In this document: piece after piece, positions 9,511 to 19,461 of the stretch
Numbering within the stretch: the first letter of the stretch is position 1
How the letters are laid out: every line of letters starts with the position of its first letter
DNA from: an uncultured Candidatus Peregrinibacteria bacterium
Lineage (GTDB): Bacteria; Patescibacteriota; Gracilibacteria; CAIRYL01
Length of the DNA: 55,069 nucleotides
Reading direction: 5' to 3'
Assembly: GCA_903882825.1 (NCBI GenBank)
Contig: CAIRYL010000168.1
Span: forward strand, 1 to 55,069
Notes under the pieces: generated by a model
The model's input: the letters and a program-made list of their open reading frames with translations, nothing else
Databases searched by the model: none
Told to the model about the DNA's origin: nothing
Position numbers and translations under genes: made by a program

Positions 9511-9610
9511 AAAAAAATAAAAAAAAATCCTCTACAGAATAAAGGATGAAAAAGAAAACATGCAAATTGAATTTTCAAAGAATCTTTTGAAAATACTCTC
9601 TCTTATAAAA

Positions 9611-9801
9611 ACTGGTGGGCAGAGAGGGATTTGAAACTCAGAAAGGCGAAATAGGCGGATTTAAAAGTCCGGGGTCCCCATTTGGCCACTCTGATGTGGA
9701 AAAGAACTGGTGGGCAGAGAGGGATTTGAAACTCAGAAAGGCGAAATAGGCGGATTTAAAAGTCCGGGGTCCCCATTTGGCCACTCTGATGTGGAAAAAA
9801 A
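9611..9801 (-). pseudogene. Two identical tandem copies (95-nt period) of a decayed tRNA-Tyr-like sequence
   Basis: Copy A (9611-9705) and copy B (9706-9801) are identical over about 91 nt. Each shares the 3' acceptor/T-arm end (CCAGTGGGCAGAGAGGGAT on the + strand) and the D-arm with the adjacent tRNA-Tyr. In both, the 5' acceptor strand (TCCACAT) cannot pair, the T-stem is broken, and the anticodon loop has 8 nt (CTTTTAAA). Confidence 0.7.
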
Positions 9802-9803
9802 AC

Positions 9804-9888
9804 TGGTGGGCAGAGAGGGATTCGAACCCCCGAAGGCGAAGCCAGCGGATTTACAGTCCGCCCCATTTGGCCACTCTGGTATCTGCCC
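9804..9888 (-). tRNA. tRNA-Tyr (anticodon GTA), type II with a long variable arm and encoded CCA
   Basis: The reverse complement is GGGCAGATACCAGAGTGGCCAAATGGGGCGGACTGTAAATCCGCTGGCTTCGCCTTCGGGGGTTCGAATCCCTCTCTGCCCACCA. Acceptor GGGCAGA/TCTGCCC, anticodon stem GCGGA/TCCGC, loop CTGTAAA. Confidence 0.93.
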
Positions 9889-10007
9889 AAAAAAACACAG
9901 AAAGCATTCTTCCAGAAAACATATAAAAAAATCAAGAAGAGATACTCTTTTTCTTGAAATAGTTTCCTTTTTTTGTTACAATAGTTAGATTTTTTATAAA
10001 AAGATTT

Positions 10008-12464
10008 TTGAAGAATTTCCTTTTTGTAGCTATTGGCGTTGTATTATCCCTTGGAATAGTCTTTTTTGGGGGAGACGTGTTAGTGCAATCGGCACCCTTA
10101 CACCTACAAGTATCCGATACAATTGCCGGATACGAAACCACTATTTCTACCACGTATGCAAAACCATACGAAGAAATTATTTTTTATACTGAAGATCCAT
10201 CGGGTGTTCGCAGAGAATTTTCCACTAAAAGTAATAGTACAGGATATGCACAAGTCACTATTTCTGGAGCATTTACACGCATTGCAGGAAAATATTCTGC
10301 TACGGCAGTACGAGACGGACAAATGTATAATGATGGTCCAGTTTTTTCATTTACAGTTTTTTCAGAAAGCATCTCTAATGCCGAATCAACACTTACTACA
10401 CCTGTAAGCTCGGTGAGTGTTGGAAATACTGCCAGTGTGGTAGTACACACGGTAGATAAATATGGAAATCCCATCGCTGGGAAATTTATAACTTTAATTC
10501 CCTCAAGACCTTCAGACCAAATTTTTCCAGAAACAGTACAAACCAACGAAAGAGGGGAAGCTATTTTTCAAATTACTGCACTCCAAGAAGGAACCAGTAC
10601 GTTTTCTGCCCTTGAAAAAATGTCAGGCATAGCTCTGAAAAATACTGCGAGCATCTTCTTTTTTTCCACTACTCCAAAATCACCAAATTGGTCTTCTCGT
10701 CTTTCGGCAAGCCTTGTAACCTCTCAACCCCAAGAAGTAACATCCCCAAAAAGTGTTACGCCTACTTCCAACTTTGGAGAAGCCTCTTCTTTTAGTATAA
10801 AATTTCCAAATGAAGTCGCCGTCAATAGTGATCAACAATATCTCACCATTCAGGTTCTTGATAAAAATGGTCAAATTGTAAAAAATTATGCGAAGCAAAT
10901 TCTTATTAAAACTCCTGATGATCCGCAGTCAACCCTTCCAGGGCAAGGTGGAAAATACACATTTGTAGCCGATGATCAGGGTGAATTTACATTCCCTCTG
11001 GCGCTTATTTTTTCAAAAATAGGATCACAACGGATAGAAGTATATGAATATGATACTGTTAATCAAAAAATAAATCCTTCTATCTCTGGATCGAAAATTG
11101 TTTCCGTTATTGAGAAAACAGGAAATCCTCCGCCAGGATCTCCTCTTATTCGACTCAATTCTCCACAACAAAATTCAAAATTTGGTTCTGGCGAAATTTC
11201 TTTACTCGGAACCGCACAACAAAATAGTGATATTAAAGTGTTTCTAGACGATATTGTTTCTGTAGAGCTTCCCGTAGATGCGAAAGGAGAATTTAAAGGA
11301 GTTTTAAAATCTGTAAAAGATGGGAAACATACGGTATATGTTATGCAAAAAGAAGGTCTTCGAGAAACTTCATCTGTTATATCTTTTGAAGTAGATACCA
11401 CATTCCCAGAACTTCTTGGATTCCAAATTTATCCAGAAGAAGCAGTAGAATCGGAAGCACAAGTCCTTTTCTCTGCACAATCAGAACCAGGATTGGATAT
11501 AGCAAAAATAACGGTAAATGGGGAGCCAGAATTTTTAAAAGAAAGCATTACCAAACCAGGAACATACGAACTCACCACCAGTGCTCCAAAAAATGAAGGA
11601 ACATACGATATTACCATTTCTCTTATCGATCGGGTAGGGAATACCACCACAAAAATAGGAGACAAAAAATTACAAGTAAAAGAACGTCTTTTGGATACAC
11701 CTCCAGCACCAAAAAATTTTAAAGCGACTCCTCTGGCTGGTGGAGCAGAACTCTCGTGGGATGCCATGACAGAAATAAGCCCAAAAGTAGTGATGTACAT
11801 TATTCATAGCGGAAAAGATGAGCAAAATATTACCCGCGCAAAAAGTGTTTCAGGTGAAACCACCAGCATTACCATCGATGGACTCACTCCAGGAGAAAAA
11901 AGATTTTTTGCTATTTCTGCCATTAATATGAGCGGGAAAGAAGGACCAAAAACACCCCTTATTGAAGTTATCCCTCTCACAGGAGAAATTACGCCCACTC
12001 CTACAGAAGAACCTACTCATTCTGCACCACCATCACCCTATACTTTAAAAGCCATTTCTGCAGAAAATAGCGTTGTTCTCTCTTGGACAGCTTTTAAAAC
12101 AAATCCAGAATCTTACACTATTGAATATGGAGTAGAGCCAAACAAATATCGAGCCAGTAGAAAAATTTCTGCCAACATAACGGATTTAGTGGTAGAAGAT
12201 CTTATTCCTGGACGCGAGTACTATTTTAGAGTTTTTCCAGTAGGGAAAAATGGAGAATCTCTTTCCGAACAGTATGAACCTGCAAAAGCGACTCCTATTG
12301 GAAAAAGTGGATATCAAGCTCCTGCGATCCCCCTTATTGCATATCCAAATAAAAATAGTGATACGGGACCTGCATTTTTTCTTTTTATAGGAACACTCTT
12401 CTTTTGTGGAGGAATTATATTTTATTTTTTCCGACAAGAAAGAGCTCACAGATTGTATTCCTAA
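10008..12464 (+). CDS. Large surface protein with bacterial Ig-like (Big/invasin-type) and fibronectin type III repeats, and N- and C-terminal TM anchors
   Basis: TTG start. N-terminal TM (FLFVAIGVVLSLGIVFF). A Big_1-like segment (ASVVVHTVDKYGNPIAGKFITLIP...GEAIFQITA). FN3-like segments (PPAPKNFKATPLAGGAELSWDA..., SPYTLKAISAENSVVLSWTAF...YYFRVFPV). C-terminal TM (FFLFIGTLFFCGGIIFYFF) followed by basic residues. Confidence 0.7.
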   Translation: MKNFLFVAIGVVLSLGIVFFGGDVLVQSAPLHLQVSDTIAGYETTISTTYAKPYEEIIFYTEDPSGVRREFSTKSNSTGYAQVTISGAFTRIAGKYSATAVRDGQMYNDGPVFSFTVFSESISNAESTLTTPVSSVSVGNTASVVVHTVDKYGNPIAGKFITLIPSRPSDQIFPETVQTNERGEAIFQITALQEGTSTFSALEKMSGIALKNTASIFFFSTTPKSPNWSSRLSASLVTSQPQEVTSPKSVTPTSNFGEASSFSIKFPNEVAVNSDQQYLTIQVLDKNGQIVKNYAKQILIKTPDDPQSTLPGQGGKYTFVADDQGEFTFPLALIFSKIGSQRIEVYEYDTVNQKINPSISGSKIVSVIEKTGNPPPGSPLIRLNSPQQNSKFGSGEISLLGTAQQNSDIKVFLDDIVSVELPVDAKGEFKGVLKSVKDGKHTVYVMQKEGLRETSSVISFEVDTTFPELLGFQIYPEEAVESEAQVLFSAQSEPGLDIAKITVNGEPEFLKESITKPGTYELTTSAPKNEGTYDITISLIDRVGNTTTKIGDKKLQVKERLLDTPPAPKNFKATPLAGGAELSWDAMTEISPKVVMYIIHSGKDEQNITRAKSVSGETTSITIDGLTPGEKRFFAISAINMSGKEGPKTPLIEVIPLTGEITPTPTEEPTHSAPPSPYTLKAISAENSVVLSWTAFKTNPESYTIEYGVEPNKYRASRKISANITDLVVEDLIPGREYYFRVFPVGKNGESLSEQYEPAKATPIGKSGYQAPAIPLIAYPNKNSDTGPAFFLFIGTLFFCGGIIFYFFRQERAHRLYS

Positions 12465-12467
12465 TAC

Positions 12468-13787
12468 ATGACCTCCAAAATCTCTCCTGATATAAAATTG
12501 GTTTTTTTTATGACGGCAATTGAGTTTTTTGCTTGGGGGTTAATTGATCCTCTTACTTCATTATTTGTAGAGAATATTGCAAAGAACTATTTTTTAGTAG
12601 GATTAGCATTTGGTTTAAGAGCCCTTTCCAGTACCCTTACTGTTTTTTTTACGAGTCGTGTTCTTAAAAATATTTCTGCTTCTCAAGGATTTTTTATAGG
12701 ACTTTTAGGGCTTTCTTTTTCTGGAATATGTTTTTTTTCTGCAGGATATTGGAACTCGCTTTTTTTGTTATTTCTAGGGTTTTTTATTCAAGGAATCTCC
12801 AGTACCGTTAAGGAAATTTCAAAAATCGAATTTTTAAGTACGTATATCAATTCAGAAAATGTTTCTGGAATTTTAGGAACAAATGCAGGTTTTAAATACT
12901 CATTTTGGAGTGGAGGGATGTTTTTAGGAGCCATTTTCTTTTTTGCATTAGGAGACAGTGCAAAAAATTATGGAGAATATTTCCCATTCTTTTATCTTGT
13001 TTTTGGAATTTTTTGTGCTGGAGTAAGCCTGGTATTATTAAAATTTAGAAACCAATTTCATTCACTCTGTTTTCAAAAAATATGGGAAGATATAAAAACT
13101 GTCATTTTTGATGACCATGTGGTAGTAAGACTCCTGAAAACTATGAAAAAATTCCCAGTTCTTTTAAATTTTTCACTTCTTATTTTTTGTCTTCTCGAAA
13201 TTATTTCAAAAGCAGTCGTCATGTTTGTTCCTCTTCTGGGAATCGCATTGGGGCTTTCTTTACCGCAAGTATTACTCCTCACCGCACTGATGATTGCGCC
13301 TCTTATTTTTACATTTTTATTTTCAAAGTTAGCAGATAAATACGACCGTATGTGGATGGTAGCAGGAGGACTGTTTCTTTCTTTTTTCCCAATGATTTTA
13401 TTGGCAAATACCAATGCCCCACTTTTTATTGGAATTCTCAGTAGTATTACATCTTTAGCCATTGCGATGATTCAGCCTGCTATTATGGGAATTACCGCCT
13501 CACTTACTCCTCCCGAATATAAAGAAGAAACAATGGGACTCGAACTTTTTTTTGGAAATATAGGGAAAATAATAGGGGGAAGTGTTTTAGGCGCAATAGC
13601 TCAAAGTTTTGGAATTCAATTTGCATTTTTAGTAATTGCTCTATTTACCATTCTTTTTTTCTTTATCGCTCTCGGAATAAAATGGCACATAACAGAACAC
13701 CTTTATAAAAAAATACGCGAGGAAAAAACTCATACAAGACATCTGTTTGAACATATCCATTTTCATGCTTTCCGACATTTTCGATAG
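12468..13787 (+). CDS. MFS-type transporter
   Basis: 439 aa with about 12 predicted hydrophobic helices. It starts 3 nt after the upstream adhesin gene. Confidence 0.65.
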   Translation: MTSKISPDIKLVFFMTAIEFFAWGLIDPLTSLFVENIAKNYFLVGLAFGLRALSSTLTVFFTSRVLKNISASQGFFIGLLGLSFSGICFFSAGYWNSLFLLFLGFFIQGISSTVKEISKIEFLSTYINSENVSGILGTNAGFKYSFWSGGMFLGAIFFFALGDSAKNYGEYFPFFYLVFGIFCAGVSLVLLKFRNQFHSLCFQKIWEDIKTVIFDDHVVVRLLKTMKKFPVLLNFSLLIFCLLEIISKAVVMFVPLLGIALGLSLPQVLLLTALMIAPLIFTFLFSKLADKYDRMWMVAGGLFLSFFPMILLANTNAPLFIGILSSITSLAIAMIQPAIMGITASLTPPEYKEETMGLELFFGNIGKIIGGSVLGAIAQSFGIQFAFLVIALFTILFFFIALGIKWHITEHLYKKIREEKTHTRHLFEHIHFHAFRHFR

Positions 13788-13806
13788 TAAAAATACTATC
13801 GTTTTG
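13782..13806 (+). terminator. Intrinsic terminator hairpin between convergent genes
   Basis: Perfect 8-bp stem CGATAGTA / TACTATCG with an AAAA loop, followed by TTTT. It spans both stop codons (MFS and ridA). Confidence 0.55.
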
Positions 13807-14176
13807 CAATTATTTCTATTTCTACTCGAGCATTTAATGGTAAGCGAGCAACCTGAATAGTTGAACGAGCAGGCTTATATATGCCAAAAAAATCAGCATA
13901 TTTTCCATTTATAAATGAAAAATCATCCATATCTTGTAAAAACATAGTAACTTTTACTACGTGTGCTTTGTTAATTTGAGACGCCTGGAAGAGTGCTTCA
14001 ATATTTTCAAAAATTTGAGTGAGTTCTGTTTCTAAAGACTCATTCCGAAAAGATCCATCGGGAGCCGTGGCAATTTGACCAGAAAAAAACAAAAAGTCTC
14101 CTGTATCCATTCCGGGGGAATATGGACCAAGCGGAGCCGATGAATGGGCAGGAATAATGGGGTGAAAAAGGTACAT
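13796..14176 (-). CDS. ridA: RidA/YjgF family reactive-intermediate deaminase
   Basis: 126 aa. GPYSPG, FFSGQIA and ARSTIQVARLPLNARVEIEIIA are typical of YjgF/RidA. Confidence 0.85.
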   Translation of the reverse strand: MYLFHPIIPAHSSAPLGPYSPGMDTGDFLFFSGQIATAPDGSFRNESLETELTQIFENIEALFQASQINKAHVVKVTMFLQDMDDFSFINGKYADFFGIYKPARSTIQVARLPLNARVEIEIIAKR

Positions 14177-14208
14177 AAAAAATAAAATAAATTTTCCAAA
14201 AAAACTCC

Positions 14209-15147
14209 TTATTTTCTTATTTTTCCAGCACTTCCAAGAACAGTAATTTTATGTTCCACCATCTTTTGAATCTCATCACGTGCTGGTCCAAGATATTTTC
14301 GAGGATCAAATTCTTTTGGATTTTCAAAAAAAACTTTTCGAATAATAGCCGTCATAACAATGCGAAGATCTGTATCAATGTTTACTTTTGAAATACCGTA
14401 TTTCACTGCTTCGGAAATAGTTGATTCTTCTACTCCCCGTGCCCCTTTTAAATCACCGCCATATTGGTTGCACATTGTTACATATTCTTGTGGAACGCTT
14501 GATGATCCATGCATGACTAATGGAAGACCAGGAAGTACTTCTGTGAGCTTTATAACCCGTGCTACATCCACTTTCCCATCAGATGAAAATTTATATGCTC
14601 CATGAGATGTCCCAATGGCACACGCTAACGTATCACATCCAGTTTGTTGTACAAATTGAATAGCTTCATCTGGGTCTGTGAGCCGTGCTTCTTTTTCACT
14701 CACCGAAACATGTTCTTCAATTCCCCCTAATTTCCCCAGTTCTGCTTCTACTATTACTCCGTGTGCATGCGCATACGTAACGACTTCTTTTGTAATACGA
14801 ACATTTTCCGCAAATGATTCATGGGAAGCATCAATCATAACCGAATTAAACCCTGCCTCAATAGCACTTTTACACGTTTCAAAATCTGCACCATGATCTT
14901 GATGAATAATAATAGGAACTTCTGGATATTGTTCGGCAATAGAATGAATAATGTCTACGAGCATTTTTGTATTGGCATATTTTCGTGCGCCAGAAGAAAG
15001 TTGCAAAACAACCGGTGCTTTTTGTGCGCTGTGTGCCATCATAATAGCCTGTGTAATTTCCATGTTATTCACATTAAACGCACCAAGGGCATACCCACCA
15101 TTATATGCGTCCATAAGTAGATCTTTTGGGTTTTTAACAATAGGCAT
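14209..15147 (-). CDS. fba: Class II fructose-bisphosphate aldolase
   Basis: GGYALGAFNVNNME, IIHQDHG and HGSSS motifs. The ORF extends to 15174, but MPIVKNPKDLL at 15147 fits the family N-terminus better. Confidence 0.88.
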   Translation of the reverse strand: MPIVKNPKDLLMDAYNGGYALGAFNVNNMEITQAIMMAHSAQKAPVVLQLSSGARKYANTKMLVDIIHSIAEQYPEVPIIIHQDHGADFETCKSAIEAGFNSVMIDASHESFAENVRITKEVVTYAHAHGVIVEAELGKLGGIEEHVSVSEKEARLTDPDEAIQFVQQTGCDTLACAIGTSHGAYKFSSDGKVDVARVIKLTEVLPGLPLVMHGSSSVPQEYVTMCNQYGGDLKGARGVEESTISEAVKYGISKVNIDTDLRIVMTAIIRKVFFENPKEFDPRKYLGPARDEIQKMVEHKITVLGSAGKIRK

Positions 15148-15255
15148 AAAAAAGAGGTGAAAAAATCGAGACATATCATAATAAAAAAATAAAAAAATCT
15201 CCAGAAAGAAAATTTTTGTTATTTTTTTAGAGTGTATACAACACGTATAAAAAGT

Positions 15256-15654
15256 TTAATGGAGCTTACTTTTACGAGGATCGTAGAAACGAAAAACATT
15301 TACATGGGTAAGTAACGTAAAAAATTCTTCGGCAAAATTTTCTATTAGTGTATCTATTTCTGATTTTATGTTTTGTAATTGTTCTTTTGGCACTGACCCA
15401 ATATTCACTGTAATGGTTACAATATTTTCATTATTATACTCAACATTAGTATGAAACTTAACGCTACCCATCTCCAAATTCGATAAAAGAGTCCCAACCC
15501 GATTATTTACTTCTTCTTTAATTTTTTGCAGTACCTTAGCCTCTTCAAGGTTTAATCGAGAAGAAGTGGAAAAAATGGGATATGTTTTTTTAAAGGGACA
15601 TGTTTTCTTAGTTTTTTTTCCATACTTTGTAAAAAATAGTATATGGGCGCGCAT
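15256..15654 (-). CDS. Hypothetical protein (132 aa)
   Basis: ORF only; no motif recognised. Confidence 0.4.
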   Translation of the reverse strand: MRAHILFFTKYGKKTKKTCPFKKTYPIFSTSSRLNLEEAKVLQKIKEEVNNRVGTLLSNLEMGSVKFHTNVEYNNENIVTITVNIGSVPKEQLQNIKSEIDTLIENFAEEFFTLLTHVNVFRFYDPRKSKLH

Positions 15655-15713
15655 TTTTTATTTCTTTTCTCTCTTTGTCAATATAAAATTTTTTTAGATT
15701 TTTACACTTCTTC

Positions 15714-16886
15714 ATGATACATGCTCTTCCGAAAGGATTTTTATTTGGATCTCATATTTTTGGTCTTCGCAGTAGTATCAGTACAAAACCCGATTTTTCG
15801 GTACTTTTTTCCGAAAATCCGTGCACTGTTGCCTTTGTTTCCACCACCAATATTTTTTGTGGCGAGCCCGTAAAACTCTGTAAAGAGCGCTTTAAAACCT
15901 CAAAAAAAATGAGAGGAGTAATAGTAAATGTGGGAAGTGCGAATGTTGGGACCGGAAAAGAGGGGAAACGCAATGCAGAAGAAGTGCTCACTCTTTCTGC
16001 AAAAGCATTGGGAGTAGATCCTCAAGAACTTTTTTGTGCTTCCACAGGAGTTATTGGAAAACCACTTCCAATGCAAAAAATTCGAGAGGGAATTATTAAA
16101 AAATTCCCAAAATTGTCTTCTGATCCCAGTATTTTTGCAGAAGGAATTCTTACCACCGATTTAGTGCCAAAAATGGCTTCTCGTGAACTTTTAAATGGAG
16201 TAAAAATTTTTGGAACATGTAAAGGAAGTGGCATGATAGAACCAAATATGGCAACTTTACTGGCATTTGTTATCACCGATGCCGAAATGGAATCAGCAGA
16301 ATTACAACAAATATGGAAACGCGTCGTTTCCAAAACTTTTAATGCTATTTCGGTAGATGGAGATACTTCTACTTCTGATATGGCATTTTTATTTGCCAAT
16401 GGAGAAAAAAAAATAAGCGAATCCGAAAAAGAGGATTTTGAAAAAAATCTTACAGAAGTGTGTACTTCCCTTGCAAAACAAATTGCCAAAGACGGAGAAG
16501 GCGCTACAAAACTATTAGAAGTGAATGTTTTCGGCACTCATACCACCGAAGATGCTCAAAAAATTGCAAAATCAATAGTAAATTCCAGCTTGTGGAAATG
16601 CGCACTTTTTGGGAATGATCCGAACTGGGGACGCATTTTGTGTGCCATGGGATATGCGGGAGTTCCTTTTAATCCAGAAAAAGTATCTATTACGCTGTGT
16701 AAAACACCACTGCTTATAAACGGATCGATTATAAAGTTTGATACTGCAATGCTCTCAAAAATCCTTTCTGAACAAAAAGAAATAATTTTAGAAATTGTTT
16801 TACAGGAAGGAGATGCGGAATTTACAGCATATGGATGCGATTTATCGTATAAATATGTAGAAATTAATGCAGAATACCATACCTAA
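15714..16886 (+). CDS. argJ: Bifunctional ornithine acetyltransferase / N-acetylglutamate synthase ArgJ
   Basis: KGSGMIEPNMATLLAFVITDA contains the autoprocessing A-T site. The C-terminal end INAEYHT is typical of ArgJ. Confidence 0.9.
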   Translation: MIHALPKGFLFGSHIFGLRSSISTKPDFSVLFSENPCTVAFVSTTNIFCGEPVKLCKERFKTSKKMRGVIVNVGSANVGTGKEGKRNAEEVLTLSAKALGVDPQELFCASTGVIGKPLPMQKIREGIIKKFPKLSSDPSIFAEGILTTDLVPKMASRELLNGVKIFGTCKGSGMIEPNMATLLAFVITDAEMESAELQQIWKRVVSKTFNAISVDGDTSTSDMAFLFANGEKKISESEKEDFEKNLTEVCTSLAKQIAKDGEGATKLLEVNVFGTHTTEDAQKIAKSIVNSSLWKCALFGNDPNWGRILCAMGYAGVPFNPEKVSITLCKTPLLINGSIIKFDTAMLSKILSEQKEIILEIVLQEGDAEFTAYGCDLSYKYVEINAEYHT

Positions 16887-19009
16887 CCACTCCTTTCCAT
16901 TCCTGTTTCTTTTTTTTCTACTTCTAATAACAAATCTGGGAAATCATACAGAGAAAAATTCTGAAGAAATTCTTCTGCACATTTTCGTACTTCTAAAACG
17001 GTTCGTCCGTCGCTCAAAATTGCCATTTTTAAATCAGGAAGTCCGCTTTGCCGAAGTCCGTACACCGAACCCGGACCACGAAGTCGCATATCAATTTCTG
17101 CAAGTTCAAAACCATTTTGTGTTTTTTCCAAAGCTTTTAAACGAAGAGTTTCTTTTTCGGTAGGAAATAAAAAACAATAGGAAGCGTGTTCCCCTCTGCC
17201 CACTCTTCCACGAAATTGATGCAGTTGAGAAAGCCCAAACCGCTCGGCTCCTTCTATCATCATAATACTGGCATTTGGAATATCAACGCCCACTTCTACT
17301 ACGGACGTGGAAACTAAAATATCATATTTCTTATTTTTAAAATCTTGCATAATTTGTTCTTTTTCTGCTGGACGCATTTTTCCGTGTAAAAGGGCAATAC
17401 GCCGATGAGGAAAAATATGTTGTTCCAATCGAACAAATTCTTCTGTTGCTGCTTTTACATCTAAATTTTCAGATTCTTCAATGAGCGGACAAATAACAAA
17501 TGCCTGTCTTCCTTTTTCTATTTCTATTTCCACAAATCGTTCTACGGTAATGCGGTCAGACGGCGGAACAACGGACGTGTGAATCGGCTTTCTTCCAGGG
17601 GGGAGTTCGGTAAGAACGGAAAGATCTTGATCTCCATACGCGACAATGGCTAATGTCCGAGGAATAGGAGTCGCGGTCATTTGCAAAAAATGAGGATTCC
17701 CTTTTTGGAGAAGTTTTTTTCGTTGTAATACTCCAAATCGATGCTGTTCATCTACCACCGCCAATCCTAAATTATGAAACACCACCGAATCTTCAAATAC
17801 CGCATGTGTTCCTACTAAAATATCAATTTTCCCAAAACGGAGATTCTCCAAAATGTTTTTTCTTATTTTCCCTGTTACAGAACCTGTTAATAAAGCCACT
17901 TCAGGAATTTCAAATACTAAATGTATACTTCCTTCTGCATCCTTTTTCTTTTCCGATATACATCGAAAACCTTTTTTGTATACTTCTTCTAATATATTTT
18001 TTATTCCTTGTGAATGTTGCATCGCTAAAATTTCTGTTGGGGCAATAATGGCACATTGATATCCAGAAAAAATAACTGAAATCATGGCAGTAAGTGCCAC
18101 GAGTGTTTTCCCACTTCCCACATCACCCTCTAAAAGCCGTTGCATGGGGACTGTTTTTTCTAAATCTTTTAAAATTTCAAAAATTGCAATTTTTTGTGAA
18201 TTCGTAGGCGTAAAAGGGAGATGCGAAAAAAAATCTTTTACCAATTCCGGGTGAAAAGGAATAACAAAGGCTGGGATAGTTCCACAAGACTGAAAAAATG
18301 TTTTTTTGCGAAGTGAAGCGAGTTGAATCACCAATAATTCTTCAAAGCTGAATGTTTTCTTTGCACTCTCTAGCTTTTCCGACGAATTAGGAAAATGTAT
18401 GTCTTGAAGTGCAATATTTCGATTGAGTAAACGATGTTCTTTTAAAATTTGAGGAGGAATTACCTCCGGAATACGGATATTTTTCCGTTCCACCATTTCT
18501 AAAATTTCTCTCATTTTTTTTTGAATCCACTCGGTAGGAATGCCATTTACAGCTTTATAAATGGGAGCAATATTTCGAGAAAGAGCGCTTTCGGTGTACA
18601 TTTCAACATGAGGATTTTGAAGAGATATTTTTCCATACGCCAAATTTGCTTTTCCAACCACTAACACACGTTTTCCAACGGGCAGGGTATGCTCTATTCC
18701 GATACTATTAAACCACACACATTCTATTTTCGCGTGTTCGTGTTCTGTTATAAAAATTGCTTTTCCTAAAGAATGTCCTCGTAGCGTTTTTTCACGACTG
18801 ACAGAGGAAAAAGTCCCCAAAAGTACATTTTTTTGGTCAGCTCTTATTTCCGAAAAAAGTGTTATTTCACTGTGATCTTCATATTCTCGTGGGAAAAAAA
18901 ATAAAAAATCCTCTATGGTATAAAATCCAGAATTTTTAAGAAGTACTTTATATTTTTCCGTCGTGCGCAAAACAGAAAGAAGTGGAGAAGAAAGAGAAAA
19001 AGACTCCAT
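16883..19009 (-). CDS. recG: ATP-dependent DNA helicase RecG
   Basis: Wedge/OB N-terminal region, Walker A GDVGSGKT, DEQHRFG, and helicase motifs QMTATPIPRT and HGKM...VSTSVVEVGVDIPNA. The ORF runs to 19081; the likely start is MESFSLSS at 19009. Confidence 0.9.
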   Translation of the reverse strand: MESFSLSSPLLSVLRTTEKYKVLLKNSGFYTIEDFLFFFPREYEDHSEITLFSEIRADQKNVLLGTFSSVSREKTLRGHSLGKAIFITEHEHAKIECVWFNSIGIEHTLPVGKRVLVVGKANLAYGKISLQNPHVEMYTESALSRNIAPIYKAVNGIPTEWIQKKMREILEMVERKNIRIPEVIPPQILKEHRLLNRNIALQDIHFPNSSEKLESAKKTFSFEELLVIQLASLRKKTFFQSCGTIPAFVIPFHPELVKDFFSHLPFTPTNSQKIAIFEILKDLEKTVPMQRLLEGDVGSGKTLVALTAMISVIFSGYQCAIIAPTEILAMQHSQGIKNILEEVYKKGFRCISEKKKDAEGSIHLVFEIPEVALLTGSVTGKIRKNILENLRFGKIDILVGTHAVFEDSVVFHNLGLAVVDEQHRFGVLQRKKLLQKGNPHFLQMTATPIPRTLAIVAYGDQDLSVLTELPPGRKPIHTSVVPPSDRITVERFVEIEIEKGRQAFVICPLIEESENLDVKAATEEFVRLEQHIFPHRRIALLHGKMRPAEKEQIMQDFKNKKYDILVSTSVVEVGVDIPNASIMMIEGAERFGLSQLHQFRGRVGRGEHASYCFLFPTEKETLRLKALEKTQNGFELAEIDMRLRGPGSVYGLRQSGLPDLKMAILSDGRTVLEVRKCAEEFLQNFSLYDFPDLLLEVEKKETGMERSG

Positions 19010-19114
19010 GAAAGGCTTTTTTGAGAGTGTGTATATGGTACGCAAAACAAAACGGCTTGCAAAGAAGAAGAAGAAGTACAATGGAAAGAATTTTTATTCT
19101 TTTACTTTTTTTAT

Positions 19115-19435
19115 ATGGATGAAAAATATAGAGGTATTTTTGTTCCAAATTCTCCTCCTTCTCCTCCTTTGAACCAGCCAGGGCTAGCTAAATCGATATG
19201 CGACAAAATAGAGAATGCAAGTCGAGATGATATTTTACAAGTCGTTCAGGAGGTATCAAATAGTATTGGATTTTGGTCAACGGAAAAAAGGTATGAGACT
19301 CCATATATAGTAAATATGGTTAGGAAAGCATTAGCTGGAGAAATAGGTGTGGAATATGTTACCTCATCTTTTGGATTACAAGATAAAATTAAAGCAATTC
19401 GTCACGATATGGCAGGTGTGACTCCTGTGTACTAA
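19115..19435 (+). CDS. Hypothetical protein (106 aa)
   Basis: ORF followed by a strong intrinsic terminator. No motif recognised. Confidence 0.5.
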   Translation: MDEKYRGIFVPNSPPSPPLNQPGLAKSICDKIENASRDDILQVVQEVSNSIGFWSTEKRYETPYIVNMVRKALAGEIGVEYVTSSFGLQDKIKAIRHDMAGVTPVY

Positions 19436-19461
19436 TCTACTCATTCTCTACACGTTGTGCT

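Noticed and set aside
9611-9888. Possible CRISPR array, because of the regular ~95-nt periodicity
   Set aside because: The whole unit is repeated, with no unique spacers between short repeats. The repeats are tRNA-derived, and no cas genes are in the window.
9710-9988. A 92-aa + strand ORF spanning the tRNA-Tyr locus
   Set aside because: It is composed of the antisense of the tRNA and its pseudo-copies; the repeated GREGFE..K...GGFKSPGSPFGHSDVEKK simply mirrors the DNA repeat. It is not a gene.
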